A DNA stretch of 64,000 nt, from the NCBI RefSeq assembly GCF_036588685.1, contig NC_086373.1:25916001-25980000 (forward strand). Reading direction: 5' to 3'. Both the position numbers and the translations under genes were made by a program. This DNA is from Mytilus trossulus. Taxonomy: Eukaryota. Below, in pieces: positions 25,988 through 40,900 of this stretch; position 1 is the stretch's first letter; every line of letters begins with the position of its first letter. The notes under the pieces were generated by a model. The model worked only from the letters and a program-made list of their open reading frames with translations. It searched no databases and had not been told where the DNA came from.

Positions 25988-27315
25988 CAGGGATTGGGTA
26001 ATTGAAAATGTAATGGTAATTGAGTGTAATGCATTACAATTTTCCATGTAATAGAATGTAATTTTTAATTGAGCATTTTTAGTTTTTAATTACATGTAAT
26101 GGTAATTTAATTAATTGCATTGAAAAAAGCAAGCAATGCTCAATTACTTTCGAATTGCATTTCAATTAAATGTACTTTTATGGTGTTAAAGTTGAAACCA
26201 TTTTACGAGTTTTGAACAGCGGTGTACTACTGTTGCCTTTATTCAAGGATATGTGTTCAATAATATGATTGTACAATTATATTCATTTTTCAAATATTGA
26301 TATCACATACTTTTTTGAAATATGAAGTCTATAATCTATTTCTGAAGTTTTTATATTATTTATTTAACCTACATTAAAAAAAAATTATAGTCTTATAATT
26401 TTTCTTTAAAATGTGAGAATCATATATTTTTGTTGTTCAGTTTTAAAGAAAACAAAAACAAAAAAAGTGTCACAGTGAAAAATCTTTCTTAGACAGTTCA
26501 TTTAGAATTTAAAATCACTGCACACAACAATTTTGTCAAATTTTACTAATAGACACAAAATGATCATAGAAATAGAAATTAACAGCTGTAAAAACAAACA
26601 GCAATTAATCAGATTAAATTGTCATGGGGCAATGCAAAATAAATCATGTATTGTATCTAATTAGCAAAATATTGCTAATATTTAGACATTATACACATTG
26701 TTTGTACTAAAAAATATTTTTGATATTATGACAAGCACACTTTTTAATATTTTTAAAGTAAAAATAAAAACTTAATTTATTTATAATTTCTTTATTTACA
26801 TTATGTTTAAATTCAATGACTTCATTTCTGAAATGTCAAAATACCCCTTGGTGTATTGGCAAGTTAATCATTGTTAATAGGAACAAATTATGATGATCTT
26901 CTGATCATTGAACTGCCATGTTAGCTCCTGTCGAAAGACTATTTAAAATTGCTGTCAAAATGTTCAGACCTGAGAGATTAAGACTTAAATAACTTATAAT
27001 TATCAAATGCACTGCTTAAACTATGCTTACATGAATATTTTACAAATGCATTATTATAAAAAGTATACATCAATAAAATTGTTAAAAAAAATTATGATGA
27101 AATGTAATAAGTGATTTAATTAAGTACTTTAGTAAAGTAATTGTAATTTAATTAATTACATTTCAAAAACTGTGTAATGTGTAATTAGTGTAATTGATCA
27201 TTTTAGCAATGTAATGTGTAATTGATCATTTTAGCAATGTAATGTGTAATTGATCATTTTAGCAATGTAATGTGTAATTGATCATTTTAGCAATGTAATG
27301 TGTAATTAGTGTAAT
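25988..27315. mobile_element. Non-autonomous DNA-transposon-like element with GTAAT-rich ends and 28-bp tandem repeat
   Basis: Starts CAGGGATTGGGTAATTG. GTAATTGATCATTTTAGCAATGTAATGT occurs about 4 times at 27190-27302, and one more unit at 28552-28579 resumes after the LTR insertion. Confidence 0.5.
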
Positions 27316-27376
27316 TGTTGAGAAACCCACGAACATTGGCGTGACGTCCTGCGGACGTCGGTAAGGAATTTTCATT

Positions 27377-27487
27377 GTAACGTCACAGGAGCGCTCTCAA
27401 AAGGCTTTTTTCATAGTAACGTCACAGGAGCGCTCTCAAAAGGCTTTTTTCATAGTAACGTCACAGGAGCGCTCTCAAAAGGCTTTT
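27377..27487 (+). repeat. 39-bp tandem repeat x3 at the LTR/gag deletion junction
   Basis: GTAACGTCACAGGAGCGCTCTCAAAAGGCTTTT(TTCATA) three times. Confidence 0.85.
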
Positions 27488-28340
27488 GCGGAGATTTGAC
27501 GATGTGAAATCTAACGAAGAATTTGACAGAGATGAACTTTCAACCATTTTGGATTTGATCATTGATAAGCAAAGATTTTTGTCAGACTTAAACAATCAAA
27601 TTATTAGTGGACTATCGGAAGAGGAACTCGAAGCGGAAATTTCTGATTCAGATGAGTATTCTATAACTTTAGAGACAAAAATACGCAAAATGCGTAAATT
27701 CCTAGAACCAACCGCCCGTACATATTCACTCCCAGTAACAGATAGTTCACTTAACCCCTTAGCTCAGAGTTTTGATGTCAATGGACACCAAACAGCATCG
27801 TTTAATTCGCAACTCATGTATGCTCATCATATGTCAAACACCAACAACCAATTTCACAAATTACCAAAGTTAGAACTTTCTAAATTCGACGGCAACATTC
27901 TTAATTGGCAAGCATTCTGGGAATCTTACGACACAGCAATTTATAGTAATCCCTCATTAACAGACGCCCAGAAATTCAACTATTTGAAAACGCTACTTCA
28001 AAACGAAGCTTTGACTACAGTTTCGGGTTTTACGCTTACAAATTTAAACTACAGTAAAGCAATAGATTTATTACACCAGCGATTTGGACAGACTAAAAAA
28101 AAACCGCACACGTACATGCAGACTTTGTGACTCTATCCGCACTCGATAGTACAGTACAATCATGCCGCAGATTTTATGACAAATCAGAAACGCTCATAAG
28201 AGGACTAGAATCACTAGGTCAAAGTCAGGAATCATATGGTGCATTACTTATACCTATTATGCTCAACAAATTACCAAGTAGAATTAAGGAAAATATTACC
28301 CGTGAACATGGTTTAAAGCAGTGGTCGCTTAATGAACTCA
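27486..28340 (+). pseudogene. BEL/Pao gag (DUF1759-type), frameshifted
   Basis: KLPKLELSKFDGNILNWQAFWESYDTAIYSNPSLTDAQKFNYLKTLL..NYSKAIDLLHQRFG, a frameshift near the A-run at about 28100, then IRGLESLG..YGALLIPIMLNKLP. Confidence 0.85.
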
Positions 28341-28649
28341 GACAATATTTATTAATTTATTCAGTATATTTGAGCCACTTTCTGCGGCCCCGGAAAATGT
28401 TGAGAAACCATCGATCTTTAGCGTGACGTCCTGCGGACGTCGGAATGGAACTTTCATTGTTACGTCATTCTTTTGTTGTTGTTAATTTATACCTGAATGT
28501 GGCTAATGCAATACAAATATACACCTTACAACTTTTGTTTCCTTCACAATAGTAATTGATCATTTTAGCAATGTAATGTTTCTGGCGTATGAAATCACCT
28601 TTGTTTTGTCTGTTAAAAACATGTCGTTCAAACGATACAAATATCTTTC

Positions 28650-28800
28650 AAGAAATGTTTTTGGGACTTTATCTGTTGGGACAATAACATATTTGTCATG
28701 GAGATAGGACAACTTCTTTTTGAAAAGATGGATGTAGCATGGGTATAAAATAGACCCATGCAATTTCTCAATATTGTTTTGTATCAACGACCTCACAGTC
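28650..28800 (-). mobile_element. Penelope-like RT fragment
   Basis: KKLSYLHDKYVIVPTDKVPK resembles the LHDKYVVVPADK motif upstream of Penelope-like RT domains. Confidence 0.6.
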
Positions 28801-29366
28801 TTAAAGGAAAAGCAAACTATACCAGAAGGACAGTCTATAATCATAGATCTTGAATAAACTTCAACGCCATGGCTAAAAATTAAAAGACAAACAGACAAAT
28901 AAGACACAACATAATAATTAAAGACTTAGCAACACGAACCCCACAAAAAACTGGGGGTGATCTCAGGTGCTCCAGAAGGGTAAAATGATCATTTGGCACC
29001 GTCGTGTTAATATATTCGAATATAAAGTATATCCTCTTTCTCGCGTTTATCCGAAATGCTTACATCATCCTCGGCTGAATCAATCAGTATTTTGAAGTGG
29101 TGTCTCCAAAATGGACGAGGCACTTTTAAAACTACAGACAGTAAGACAGGTATATTGGGTTTTTTTTCTCTCAAAAGAACAGTATTGAAGAAAAAATAGA
29201 GTATTGAAATTATAGATAACCGTATCGTGTATATCAAAAACGCTGCATCTTAGTTTTGTCAAACACAACTAAGTTAATCAAAAGAGTACAATTTAAAAAA
29301 TAAATAAACGCTACAACGCTAAATTACATTGTATTTTTGTACAATTAAAGATTATTGTGTGTACTT

Positions 29367-29758
29367 TTAAGTGCCAGTCTGCTTAAGAATCAGGCAGTGG
29401 TGAAAACATGACAAAAAAAAACCACCCAATTTGACATTGATTTCAGTTCATAATATGTAGTTATGCACTAAAATAACATTCATTTCCATTTTCTGTTCTG
29501 GTAATAGAAGATACAATTTGGTTGAAATGCACTAGAAATTAACGAATAAGGGGAGATAACTCTGTAATTTGCTTTCATTCTAACCAATTTTCTAACCAAG
29601 TTATTTGATATTACCAGACACACACAAACGAAATACTAATACTTTTGAACTCAGGATGAAAGTTAGTATTAAATAGCATGATTAGCTAGGTGGGGTTTTT
29701 CTTATCATGTTTGAATTTTTACCTAAATTGCCTGATTCTTACAAAGACTGGCACTTAA
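29367..29758. mobile_element. MITE (~390 bp)
   Basis: TTAAGTGCCAGTCT..AAGAATCAGGCA / TGCCTGATTCTT..AGACTGGCACTTAA, flanked by GTACTT on both sides. The TSD could be TTAA, 6 bp or 8 bp, so the superfamily is unresolved. Confidence 0.75.
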
Positions 29759-32700
29759 GTACTTTTCCGATACTATGTTATAGTCTATCAGTCTGGTAAA
29801 CCAAGTAATGACACAAGTTTGATGTAAAATAAATAGACAAAATATAAATGTAATAATATTCACCTGCAAAAGTATTCATAGTATCCGTCGTCCATTTTGT
29901 CATTGTGAAATACGTTAATTGCATTACTCTATGTTTATGTACGTCTTGAACATTTCATTTATTCGTAAAATAATTGCAATCCAATACATTAATTCGTTTA
30001 AAAATTCAGAAATGGAAATGGAAAAACCCCTAAAGAGGTTAAAATCTTATATGTTTGTAAACATCATAATTATGGCACGAAAGGCCAATGTCATTTACGA
30101 GTAGCCAAGTAGTAATCCTTTGTAATTGTTTAAATTTTTAAAGTAATTATAAAAAAGTTCGCTTGGCTTTTAAATGGAAAAAGTAAAATAGATGAATTAT
30201 TGCTTATTATATTACGATTATAGATTTGAATACAGGAATTAATTTAAATTTAAAGGCCTAAGTTGAAAGGGCAAACTGAGTGACTCCAAAACTTAATATC
30301 CGTGCTTGCGGGTTAAATGCAATTGAAACTGTTGTTTGTTATTTACTCTTGTATCACTTCAAAAATGTTGCAGAATAGTCAAACAGTCAGACAGGTGCCT
30401 ACTACAGGAAGAAGCTAATTACTTTGATTTTTTCTATCACTACTGGCGGTGGAATGCAAGCCACTAAATGACTAGATATTCATATTCTAAATAAAATAGA
30501 CACTGATTTATTAGTGAAATCATTTATAGATATTTCAAACTTGTTTTAATGTGTTGCCCACCTTAATGAATATTTGTACATTTCCTTCTCAAAACTTATC
30601 AATCTGGCTAAATTCAGCTTGTCTGGTGAATACTTGTCTAATTGGCAGACAATTCTTCGTAGATTTCCTCTTGTGTTCCTTTTGATAATTTGCCTAACTG
30701 TAAGCGTGCATTTGTTTGCACCTGTCCTATGTCAGGCATCTGATGTTCAGTATTTATCGTTTGTTGGTGTGGTTGATAAGTGTTTCTCGTTTTTAAATAG
30801 ATTAAACCATTTGTTTTCCCGTTTGAATGGTTTTACACTTGTTATTTTTGGGCCCTATGTAGCTTGCTCTTCGTTGTGAGCCAAGACTCTGTGCTGTAGA
30901 CCGTACTTTTACCTATAATAGACATAGGAAGATGTGATATGAGACAACTCTCCATCCAAGTCACAATTTATAAAAGTAACCCATTCCAGGTCAAAGTCTT
31001 CACCACCGAGCTTATGCTCACATTAAACTATTATGTGGCAATCATACCACATCTTCTTATACCTAATCAAATCATTTAAGGCCAATTAGTCCGAGGATTT
31101 TTTTTTAATTATATATAGAAAGCAGGGAGATGTTGTCATTCTTAACATGTATGTCCTATTTGTTTATTTAAGATCTAAGATGTTTTAATGCTTCGGTTCT
31201 ACTTTAGTCATGTTGGTGGATTTGAATTGTGTTTTAGACAGACACATACTAACAATTAGACAAACAGATGGACGAAGTTTCTCTATCACTGTTATAGCTT
31301 CATTATGAAGGGATATTTGAGAAAAAAGTAATGACATACCCCAAGAACAAAGTCATAGGTAAGTAAATATAAGTAAACATTTTTTTTTATATCAGAATAA
31401 CATTATTTTTCAACAAGAAACAGAAATATTGAAGATACAAAACCACATCCCTTTTACAAATAAAACATCCACCACCTAAGTTCGTTTTTGCTTCTATGTA
31501 TGAAGTTTTGAACAATTATACCACTGTGTTTTTGTTTACTTCCTTTGACATCTCCGGTTTTCTAATGTTGAAGAAAATCAGTTTCTGTGTGTGTTACATT
31601 TTAGTGTTGTGTCGTTGTTCTCCTCTTATATTTAATGCGTTTCCCTCGGTTTTAGTTTGTTACCCCGATTTTATTTTTGTCCATGGATTTATGAGTTCTG
31701 AACAGCGGTATACTACTGTTGCCTTTATTTGATAATAAATGAATGTTTACCAAACTCCTAATAAAATGTATGAAACCCAAGTGATAAAAACAGGCTGTCC
31801 TTCACAAAAATGAACAATTTCTAAACAAAAACTTGTAAACTGTACACATTACAACAACAACAAAAATAAGAACTAAATATTTTATTAAAATTTTGACATT
31901 TTATACAGTCTATTTCAATGTTTCAATTGTACCAAAGCATCTTTTGATTACAATATTCCTGTGACTCGTACAAGTCTGCTTTTGTTAATTCAGAAAGTAT
32001 ACATATACATATCAGCCTAACCATCTACGAAATGGTATTTGTGACTTAGAATATATATTTCTAATATTGTTAATAGGGTTGAATGTTTAAGGAGAAGAAC
32101 AGTTTCATCAAGGCTACATAAAATGATTTAAAAATATTTAACAGATGATAGGACTGCAATATGTTAACATGTTAACCTTGAACAAGTTAATATCCAGCAA
32201 ATATGAGCACAGTATAATTTTTGACATGGTAATGCATTGGATATAATATTTAAATGTATAAATAATTGCCTTTTCTCCAGGAATTTTCCTGAAATCAGTA
32301 GGTAAGTAGTTTTAACTGAAAATAATGTGCCCAAAAAAACAAGTGATAATAATACACACTCACTTTAATACAACTGCATAAAATTTGCCTTCATACAAAA
32401 ATCAATCAGGACAAGGAAATGTTTTTAAAATATAAATATTAAACTTTTTTAACACTTGAATTGAGGACTAATTGCATAATCCCAGTAAAATAATAAGCAA
32501 AAATAAATGCCTTCTTGTTGAGCAGACAAGTAACAAAATAATCTATTGAAAAATATCATAATTGTAATGCAATGATAAAGTTTTGTAATAAAACGTTTCA
32601 ATGTTTCACTCCTTTTTGCTTCAAAAAATGCATTAAAATGAACTTGATAGAAGAAAAACCAAGTGATATCAAAATATACATAATACTTCAGAAGCTACAT

Positions 32701-35700
32701 TATTATTAAACTTTACTGTTATTTTTAAGGGATACACTTTAAGAAATCATACTTCCAAAAAAAAATACATAAAACCCTTATTGCTATGACAGTAAACAAC
32801 TTCTTTGCTAAAAATGTTTGGTATTATATTCCAATCTTTTACACTGTTAAAGTCTCTTCAATCTTTATATAATTTTTTCAAATTTAGCAACAATTTGCAC
32901 TTGATTTTAGAAAGTGGCATAGCTAAAATTTGAAAAAGATGTATAAATTATAAAAAACAAATTAAAACTTTTTTCAACACTTTAAATGATCAAAAAGTAA
33001 ATGAAATTTTAAGCAGAGATTTTTTTATAGAATATAATTGTATTTGGCACTCAAAAAATACATTTTATAAGAGAAAAAAAATCATTTTGCAATGAAAAGA
33101 CTGCATGAATGAAAGTTTTACATGGTTCAAAATAAATATGTACTGGTACACTATTTTTTATTTCCTTTGTAAGTTTATTTCTTAATGTTATGTGATAAAA
33201 TGCTTCATTTCATTTTGAGCTACAAAATACCTCAATTTTTCAGCAGATTTTTTAAAAATTATATTGAAATTAAAAAACAATTAAGGAGATACAAAAAAGA
33301 ATGTGTATGCATTGAAAACAATAAAGCTTTTACCTATGCTAGACCAATGCTAAAGCAAAAGTAATCTATTAAGTGGAATATTTCAAAGGCCACAAACAGT
33401 TATAAGTTCTTATATCAATTTGATTGCAATCATATATTTCATATGACAAAGCATTGAATTTGAATTAAATTTGTAAATTTCATATAGCTGAAGTACAATT
33501 TTCCTCTTAAAGAACTAAAGTAAAATTAACAACAGGGATATTATTTTAGCAAATTATTGTACAAAAGCTTCAGATATAAAACCACTTATTCGTAGCCCTT
33601 TACTTTCTATGTTAAATTATAAATTTTCAAGTACATTTGTATTTTTAGCTATTTTGACTTAAGTTCACACAAAGTTGCATTTATTTAATAGCAAAACAAT
33701 ACCTTATTCTGACTTATTCTTAATAATTCAATATATCTTAAATTGCATCTCAGAGTGCATTTGTTTGGGGAAGATGAATAGTATAAATACAGGTACTTCT
33801 GATCAAATATTCTTCCCATTGTAATTTCATATATATGTATCTTATTATTTTAAACAAACTTTCATCTATGATCCTAAGACCTTGCTTTTTAATAAAGTGG
33901 AGGCTCTTCGTAAGGACAGTTTTGTAAAAAATATGTACTACTTTGTATGTTCTTTATGACTTTGCCCAAATGAGTGGTTTTATACCGTCTTCTAAAAAGA
34001 AAAATAGGATATTCTGTAGGAAAAAAACACTTTTAGAATATAACAGACTTTTACTGTATACACTTGGTATATTTATACTTATGGTATATTCATACAATTT
34101 GTATATTTATACAATTGGTATATTTATAAAATTGGTATATTTATACATTCAATTATATTTTTGTATATAAATATAAATGAGACAACATATCCCTTTATGT
34201 CATATTTGCCTGAAGTTTATTATGATAAAAATGATTTATAAGATTTGATTGTCAATTACAATGAAATACATTTCGTATATTTAATAAAAATGTGTTCATA
34301 ATCTATGCATGGATATAAGATGTGGTGTTCATTTTTCAATTATCCACCGAAAAATACAAATTTCCATAGTACATAATAATTGTTGCCCATGAAATAAATG
34401 AACCAGCAGTACCCCAAAAGTACTCGAACACATTAATGTATACATTTTCTACAATTTTTCAAATAATATATTTGTTAACCTTATGGATATCTAAATATAA
34501 TTAAAAAGAGGATAAATCCACTCTCTAAGCTATGCACCTGCCATATTTAAGCTACTGATTTAAAATTTGACCAACCATATCAAATGATCTACCAACCTCT
34601 CAATATCCCTTCCTCTGTCCAACTAAGAGCATTATATTCATGTGTAGGGCACACAAATCTCCCCAACCACTTTTCCCAAAGTTACTAATATAACTATAAA
34701 AATCCATTAATTGTACATATATTTTATCTAGTCCACTGTTTCAAACTGAATGTCACCATGGTTATACAAAAGGGAATTAAGGAAATCTACTGAAACTGTT
34801 TGGTCATGATAAAGATTCTAAAGCAAAATTTACACTTCTCAATCTTTTCAATGTCTATTAAAATGAAATGTAGAAAATATTGAACTGCCCCTTCAGATGC
34901 CAAAAGTGTAAACATAACCTATGTTTTTCTTTTTCATTTGCATATGGAATTGATATTTAAATAGTTGTCTGTTATAATATTTATTGATTTAGAGGAAATT
35001 CTACAACTTACAATATGAAAAATGAAAATGCATTTTAAAAACAAACAAAAAATTTACTAAAATATCATAAAAAGACAACACACTTTGTTCACATACATTA
35101 AATACAAGACAAATAATAATAATAATAATGGCACAAACTATGACTCAAATCAAAACACCAAAAATTAGCAAATATAATGTCAGATGAAGCACAAAGTTGA
35201 CAAAATCAAATCATTAACAAATCCAAAAATCACCCTGTTCTTTAAAAATAATATCATTAAATAAATTTAAATTTCTATAAATGTTTTTTTCCTTTTCAAA
35301 AATAATCATTAGTCATGAAGAATTCTGAAACTGTTTGTTGCTCTACAAAATCTCTTTCTTAGATTAGAAAATACAATTAACAAATTAACTAACCTCTTTC
35401 TTTACAATTGAGCATATGGGTTCAGTTTTCACTATGACTCAAACACACAAAAACAACTTAAACGAGTCAGTAAAAGATCTGACAAAAAACTCATAAAAAT
35501 ACATGACTGTGTTCATAAATAATAAGTGTTAATAATATCATCATTTAAACTTGAGGATACAAGAGTTTACAATTTATAATATCTAGCCTGCTGAACTTTG
35601 GTAAAATGCACATGTATCTCTTAAAATGTATAGCATTATTGTTAACCTGTTACATGTATATATAATTTCTTAGATACTGACTAAACCAATAACCTGATCA

Positions 35701-35721
35701 TAATGACTAGAGCATGAAAAT

Positions 35722-35832
35722 ATGGTTCAGGTGTTCCCTGATGTGAGTTGGCTGTTACATGGTTCAGGTGTTCCCTGATGTGAGTTGGCTGTTACATGGT
35801 TCAGGTGTTCCCAGATGTGAGTTGGCTGTTAC
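35722..35832 (+). repeat. 37-bp minisatellite x3
   Basis: ATGGTTCAGGTGTTCCCTGATGTGAGTTGGCTGTTAC three times, with one mismatch in the third unit. Confidence 0.9.
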
Positions 35833-37925
35833 AACAAATTCACAAACCATCTATTCATAAACTGTCAGGTACAGTTACTTGTGAAAAGATATAATCTTAA
35901 ACTAATTAAACAGATTACATAATAATGAAAATGGGATTAAGGTGTCAGATGGTCATATACTGACTATTTCTATTCTCAATTTTATATACTGGATATAAAT
36001 ATCCCCATGTTTGAAATTACTGACCTTTGATCCCATGAGAAATAAGAAAGGAACTTCAATATAACGATATACATAACCTTTGGGGAGTACAAATGATACC
36101 AAGGGTGTCAAAGACAGGACGGCAAGGTCTGAACATTAACTACATCAATATGAATTTTGTAAAATGTAGGTGAAGTTGGGATAAAATTATACATACATGC
36201 AACCTATCTAACCAAAAAGGATCTAAAATGTTAACAACTCAAATTTTCTAAAAAAAAATGCCAAACACTTTATCCCTAAAGGACTATGTAAAATTTACCA
36301 TAGGCTTTCAACTCAGTCTCAAAAATATGACAATATCTAAAATATGCCCCAAATTGTTAACATTTTTCTTTATGAATGTATTTGCAAGTTCTTAGTTATG
36401 ACAATGGCAATGACATAATTTCAATAAAGTTACCCTTTTTAAAAACAATAATTTACAAATATCAATGTAACAATTTCAAATTTCAAAATTACATTAGCTG
36501 ATTTACATAAGTGAATGTACATAATGCAGGATAAAAACAAAAATCAACTATTAATTGAAAAAGTTTTAAATAAAACTTTAAAAAAAAAAAAATGTCAAAC
36601 TGGGACTGCAACTGAATTCAGATCAAGTCAATTGTAAATATTTCCCTGAGCATATAAAATCTGATGGGACAAAATTTCACCACAGATTTGAACTAACAAA
36701 TTCGTGGCAAGACGTTAATAATCGTTGTTTATTTTAAATTGAGGCTCTCCAAATTTTACAAATATTCCTTGCTTTTTATTAATATAAATGATTGTTTGTG
36801 TTATTTGAAATAACACATGACTATTTTAGAAGTTACCCTGGAAATTATGTAAGCAACATTCGTTCTCATAATTTTTTTCTCCATTCACAAGTAAAATTTA
36901 TTTTTAAGATAGAATAATCATTCTTTATTCCTGAACCACTAAACCAAAGCCAATTCTCTAATGCCTAGTTTACACTATTTAAAGGTGCCCGTTATATAGC
37001 AGAAAATTATTGTATACTGCTATGCTATGAAGAAGCCTCTGTTTCGGTTTAAACTACATTTCTAAATAGCAACTAAGTATAGTAATATGATATTAACATC
37101 TAGCCATACTGTACCAAAATAATAGTGATAATACATTTTTAATGGTAGATGTACAATTGATTAAATTCTGTGATAGAATTTTGTATTTATACATTGATGG
37201 TGATTAATAGTGGATATTTAAATTGATAAATTACTTCAACTGAAGAAAAATATTGTAATGATATTTTCACTTACTTTCCCTTTTGCAATCATATTTATTC
37301 TGCAAAGTGGAAAGGGATTAATATAAGTTGCAAAACTTGTTTCCCAATCCGCTCTAAATAAATATGTTTAAACTAATCATATTTTTTTTTTTAATTCCAT
37401 TGGATTTATACTTCTGTGGTACATTCACCATTAAAAATTATGATTTAAAAACCTTTGGCAATAATAGGAAAATATTTACACAAGTATTTTAATATAAATC
37501 AATAATACTATTTTAAAAAGCACATCATAAAACAACAAACACCAACATGACCAATCAACATGCAAAGACAACAAGTGTAACACAAAAAAACAAATATTAA
37601 GTAGAACTTTCAGTGCAAGGCTTTCAAACTATGTACACAAATAAAACATTCCTACATAATACATTACAAGCAAATACCACTTTAATTTAAAAAGACAATA
37701 AAGCCTATCTTGATTGAAATCACAAATCATGTAAACTGTGTCAAACAGTTCTCTCTTTCATTTCCATTACTAAGATTCTCCAACAATTATTGCACAAAAA
37801 AATCACTCATCTGGACAATTGACTGGATTTAGCACCCAAAACTAAAACTCATTATCACAAACAAAACAGTATCACATGGCAAGCATCATGTCTGAGTTAT
37901 CTCCCTCTATCAACTTCCTCTAACA

Positions 37926-40900
37926 TCAAGATAGCAAATGGTCAGTTGAAGAAGACCTATGTCTAATGTCTATTTCTTCATCTGTGGAGGCTAGCAAATC
38001 CGATTCTTCTGACCTTTCTATCTTATTATAAGAGTGAGCTTTTTCTTGACGTCTATGATAAGTAACTGAAGGATCGTGTTCAGTGACGTAAATGGTTTTT
38101 GTCCCTTTTATTTTTCGCTTCAAGAAATTATCTACTACCCAAAATATAAAAGCCTACAATATAAAAAGATGAGATATATTACTGGCATGTTTTAAAAAAT
38201 TGAATAAAACTAAATACTTGCACTCCAAGAAAATATTGTCTTCAAATGAAAATGTTGCCTCTAGTTAAATAAATCAACTTTTTATAAACATGTAGATGGT
38301 TTAAATGTTACTTCATTTGTATCTTGCATTCAGGGTAAAAGATAATTGCTAGTGATTGTTGTTGGTGTTTTATTTACTTTTAGTAAGCTTGGTTATATCA
38401 TGGCACCTTTTTATTGGTGAATGACAACTAAGCAATGAAAACTAATAATCCTTGTTAATTAGATCAGATTCAAACACATGTTCAGGGTTCAAATTCATAA
38501 CATCAAAGAAGACTGGCTATTGATCAATGAAAATAAACATTATAGACCACTAGGCCACCAAGGTGATAAGATCATCCCTTTGAGACATTTATACCTCAAT
38601 TACTTTTTGTGTAATGTACTTATAGATTATCGTTGATTATCTCAATGAAAAAGGCAATCGAGTTGAGATGACCAATGATAATCTGTTTATTGCTATTTTA
38701 CCTATAACGACGTTGTCAATTTCATGTCAATTTTGTTAGCAAAGCCACGCCACATGCCTGCTTAAGTTTCTAGCAATAATTTTCCATCTCAAGCGAGTAG
38801 CATGATATGAAAAATTATAACAAAAAAGATCAAAGGAAAAAATGCACAAAATAGTACATGTAGTGTAATAACATATATTGTATACTTACATTAACTACTA
38901 ACGGAATAATAAACATAACTATGACTAATTCTACATGAGGATCTTTGACAGGTGACATTATAAACTTTCTAACCTAAAATAAACAACAAATTTATTCTTT
39001 GTTAGTTTATGGATTATATCCCTGAAACAATTTCATATTGCATTGACTCACAGTAACATCCTTATGTTTAATAAATAATCATAATATTTAGTATTTGATA
39101 TTAATTTTGTATAATTCAATGAACGTGTTAGCAAAAGACAAAAATTATGTTGTTCTGGCTTAAATCAATCCAAATTATCTTTGAAAAGCTTATTTTAATT
39201 TTGTTTAAATCTCAGCTACTTTGAACAAGTTTTGTCTTGTTACAACAATTGCCAGAATAAACTCACAAGTACATTATTAAAATAGGGGTCACCATTCATT
39301 TACGCTCACAATCTGCCTTCGAAAGAAACATACATTTTTGTTAATGTCCTTTTTACTGTTGAACTATAGGAGAAATAGCAGTAATATCGAAATAAAAAAA
39401 GAACTGAATTACAGAAATTGCTTGAATTTTACAATTTATTAGTTTATGTACAGCTTATATGAAAATAATAATAAACAAGAATGTGTCCATAGTACACGGA
39501 TGCCCCACTCGCACTATCATTTTCTATGTTCAGTAGACCATGAAATTGAAGTCAAAACTTTAATTTTGAATTAAAATTAGAAAGATCATATCATAGGAAA
39601 CATGTGTACTAAGTTTCAAGTTGATTGGACTTTAACTTCATCAAAAACTACCTTGACCAAAAACTTTAACCTGAACTTCACACTATCATTTTCTATGTAC
39701 AGTGGACCATAAAATTGGGGTCAAAACTATAATTTGGCATTAAAATTAGAAAGATCATATAATGGGGAACATGTGTACTAAGTTTCAAGTTGATTGGACT
39801 TCAACTTCTTTAAAAACTACCTTGAACAAAAACTTTAACCTGAAGCGAACGGACGCACGAACGCACAGACGGACGAACGGAGGCACAGACCAGAAAAAAT
39901 AATGCCCCTCTACTATCGTAGGTGGGGCAAAAAAAATATAGGTCACCGATGAGTTAAAAAAGATATTTCAATTTTAATGCCAAAAAATTGCATTTCTGCA
40001 CCAAAGGGAGATAATTTAGAGTTTATTCAATGATATCTACATGTTACAGGTCACCTAGGGCCAACACGAATTGATTTTTGGGAATGATTTTTGTACCATA
40101 TAATAAAGTAACAACTACTAAAGGTATTAAATAAAATTTGTAATGAAAAATTAATGTTTATTTTTTTTCTCAAAATCTTGTACCCGCCAGCCTCCTTAAG
40201 AGACAAAAGAAAGATAATCAATACTTACATCTTTCCAGAAGTTAAATGAAATCAGCAGTGTCATTAATATCTTTTCTACTATCATAACCAGAATATACAG
40301 TCCACATTGACCAATAAATGCATTGCATTTTGGAGGACTTCCTGCAATTAAATTCTTTCAAATTAAAAATAATATTACATACAAGTAATAACCCATTTAT
40401 TCAGTACTGGAATCTTTATCTGTTGATTTTATAGGTCACGTCAGTGTGAAATCACTATACATGTATCACTAAATGACAATGTTAAACATTTACAAAATCC
40501 AAAAATTCATTGGAACTGTGTGATGAGTGAGTGCACTTCATATATATGTATAGAAATTTGCATTCTGTTTATTTAGTAGTAGCATATTTGTGCAGCAGGC
40601 ATGTATTTAAGAAGCATATTTATTCTACCGTTGTCACAATTTTTTAGGTTCTTTTACTATGCATTTTTTTCCATTTAGCAAATATAGCTAAAATTGTAAC
40701 TTCAGCAGTACTTGATCCTTACCATACTCTCCAAACTTCAGTGATTCACATTTATATCTATCAACAATAAATTGCGTGATCTTGAGACCAATATATATGA
40801 CAACCAATCCAATGGTAGAATCCAACAGGAAACTGACAACATACCTGAAAATAATATTATCATTCTATCAATAATATTTGTACCATACAATCATCTTAGA

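Larger units (their letters stand above)
27316..28551 (+). mobile_element. Internally deleted BEL/Pao LTR retrotransposon (gag only)
   Basis: 5' LTR fragment 27316-27385 and 3' LTR 28398-28551 both start TGTTGAGAAACC..GCGTGACGTCCTGCGGACGTCGG; GTAAT TSD at 27311-15 and 28552-56; no pol. Confidence 0.85.

Noticed and set aside
27190-27487. CRISPR-like appearance of the 28-bp and 39-bp repeats (also the 37-bp repeat at 35722 and 17-bp repeats at 51370)
   Set aside because: Head-to-tail with no unique spacers, no cas genes, eukaryotic context.
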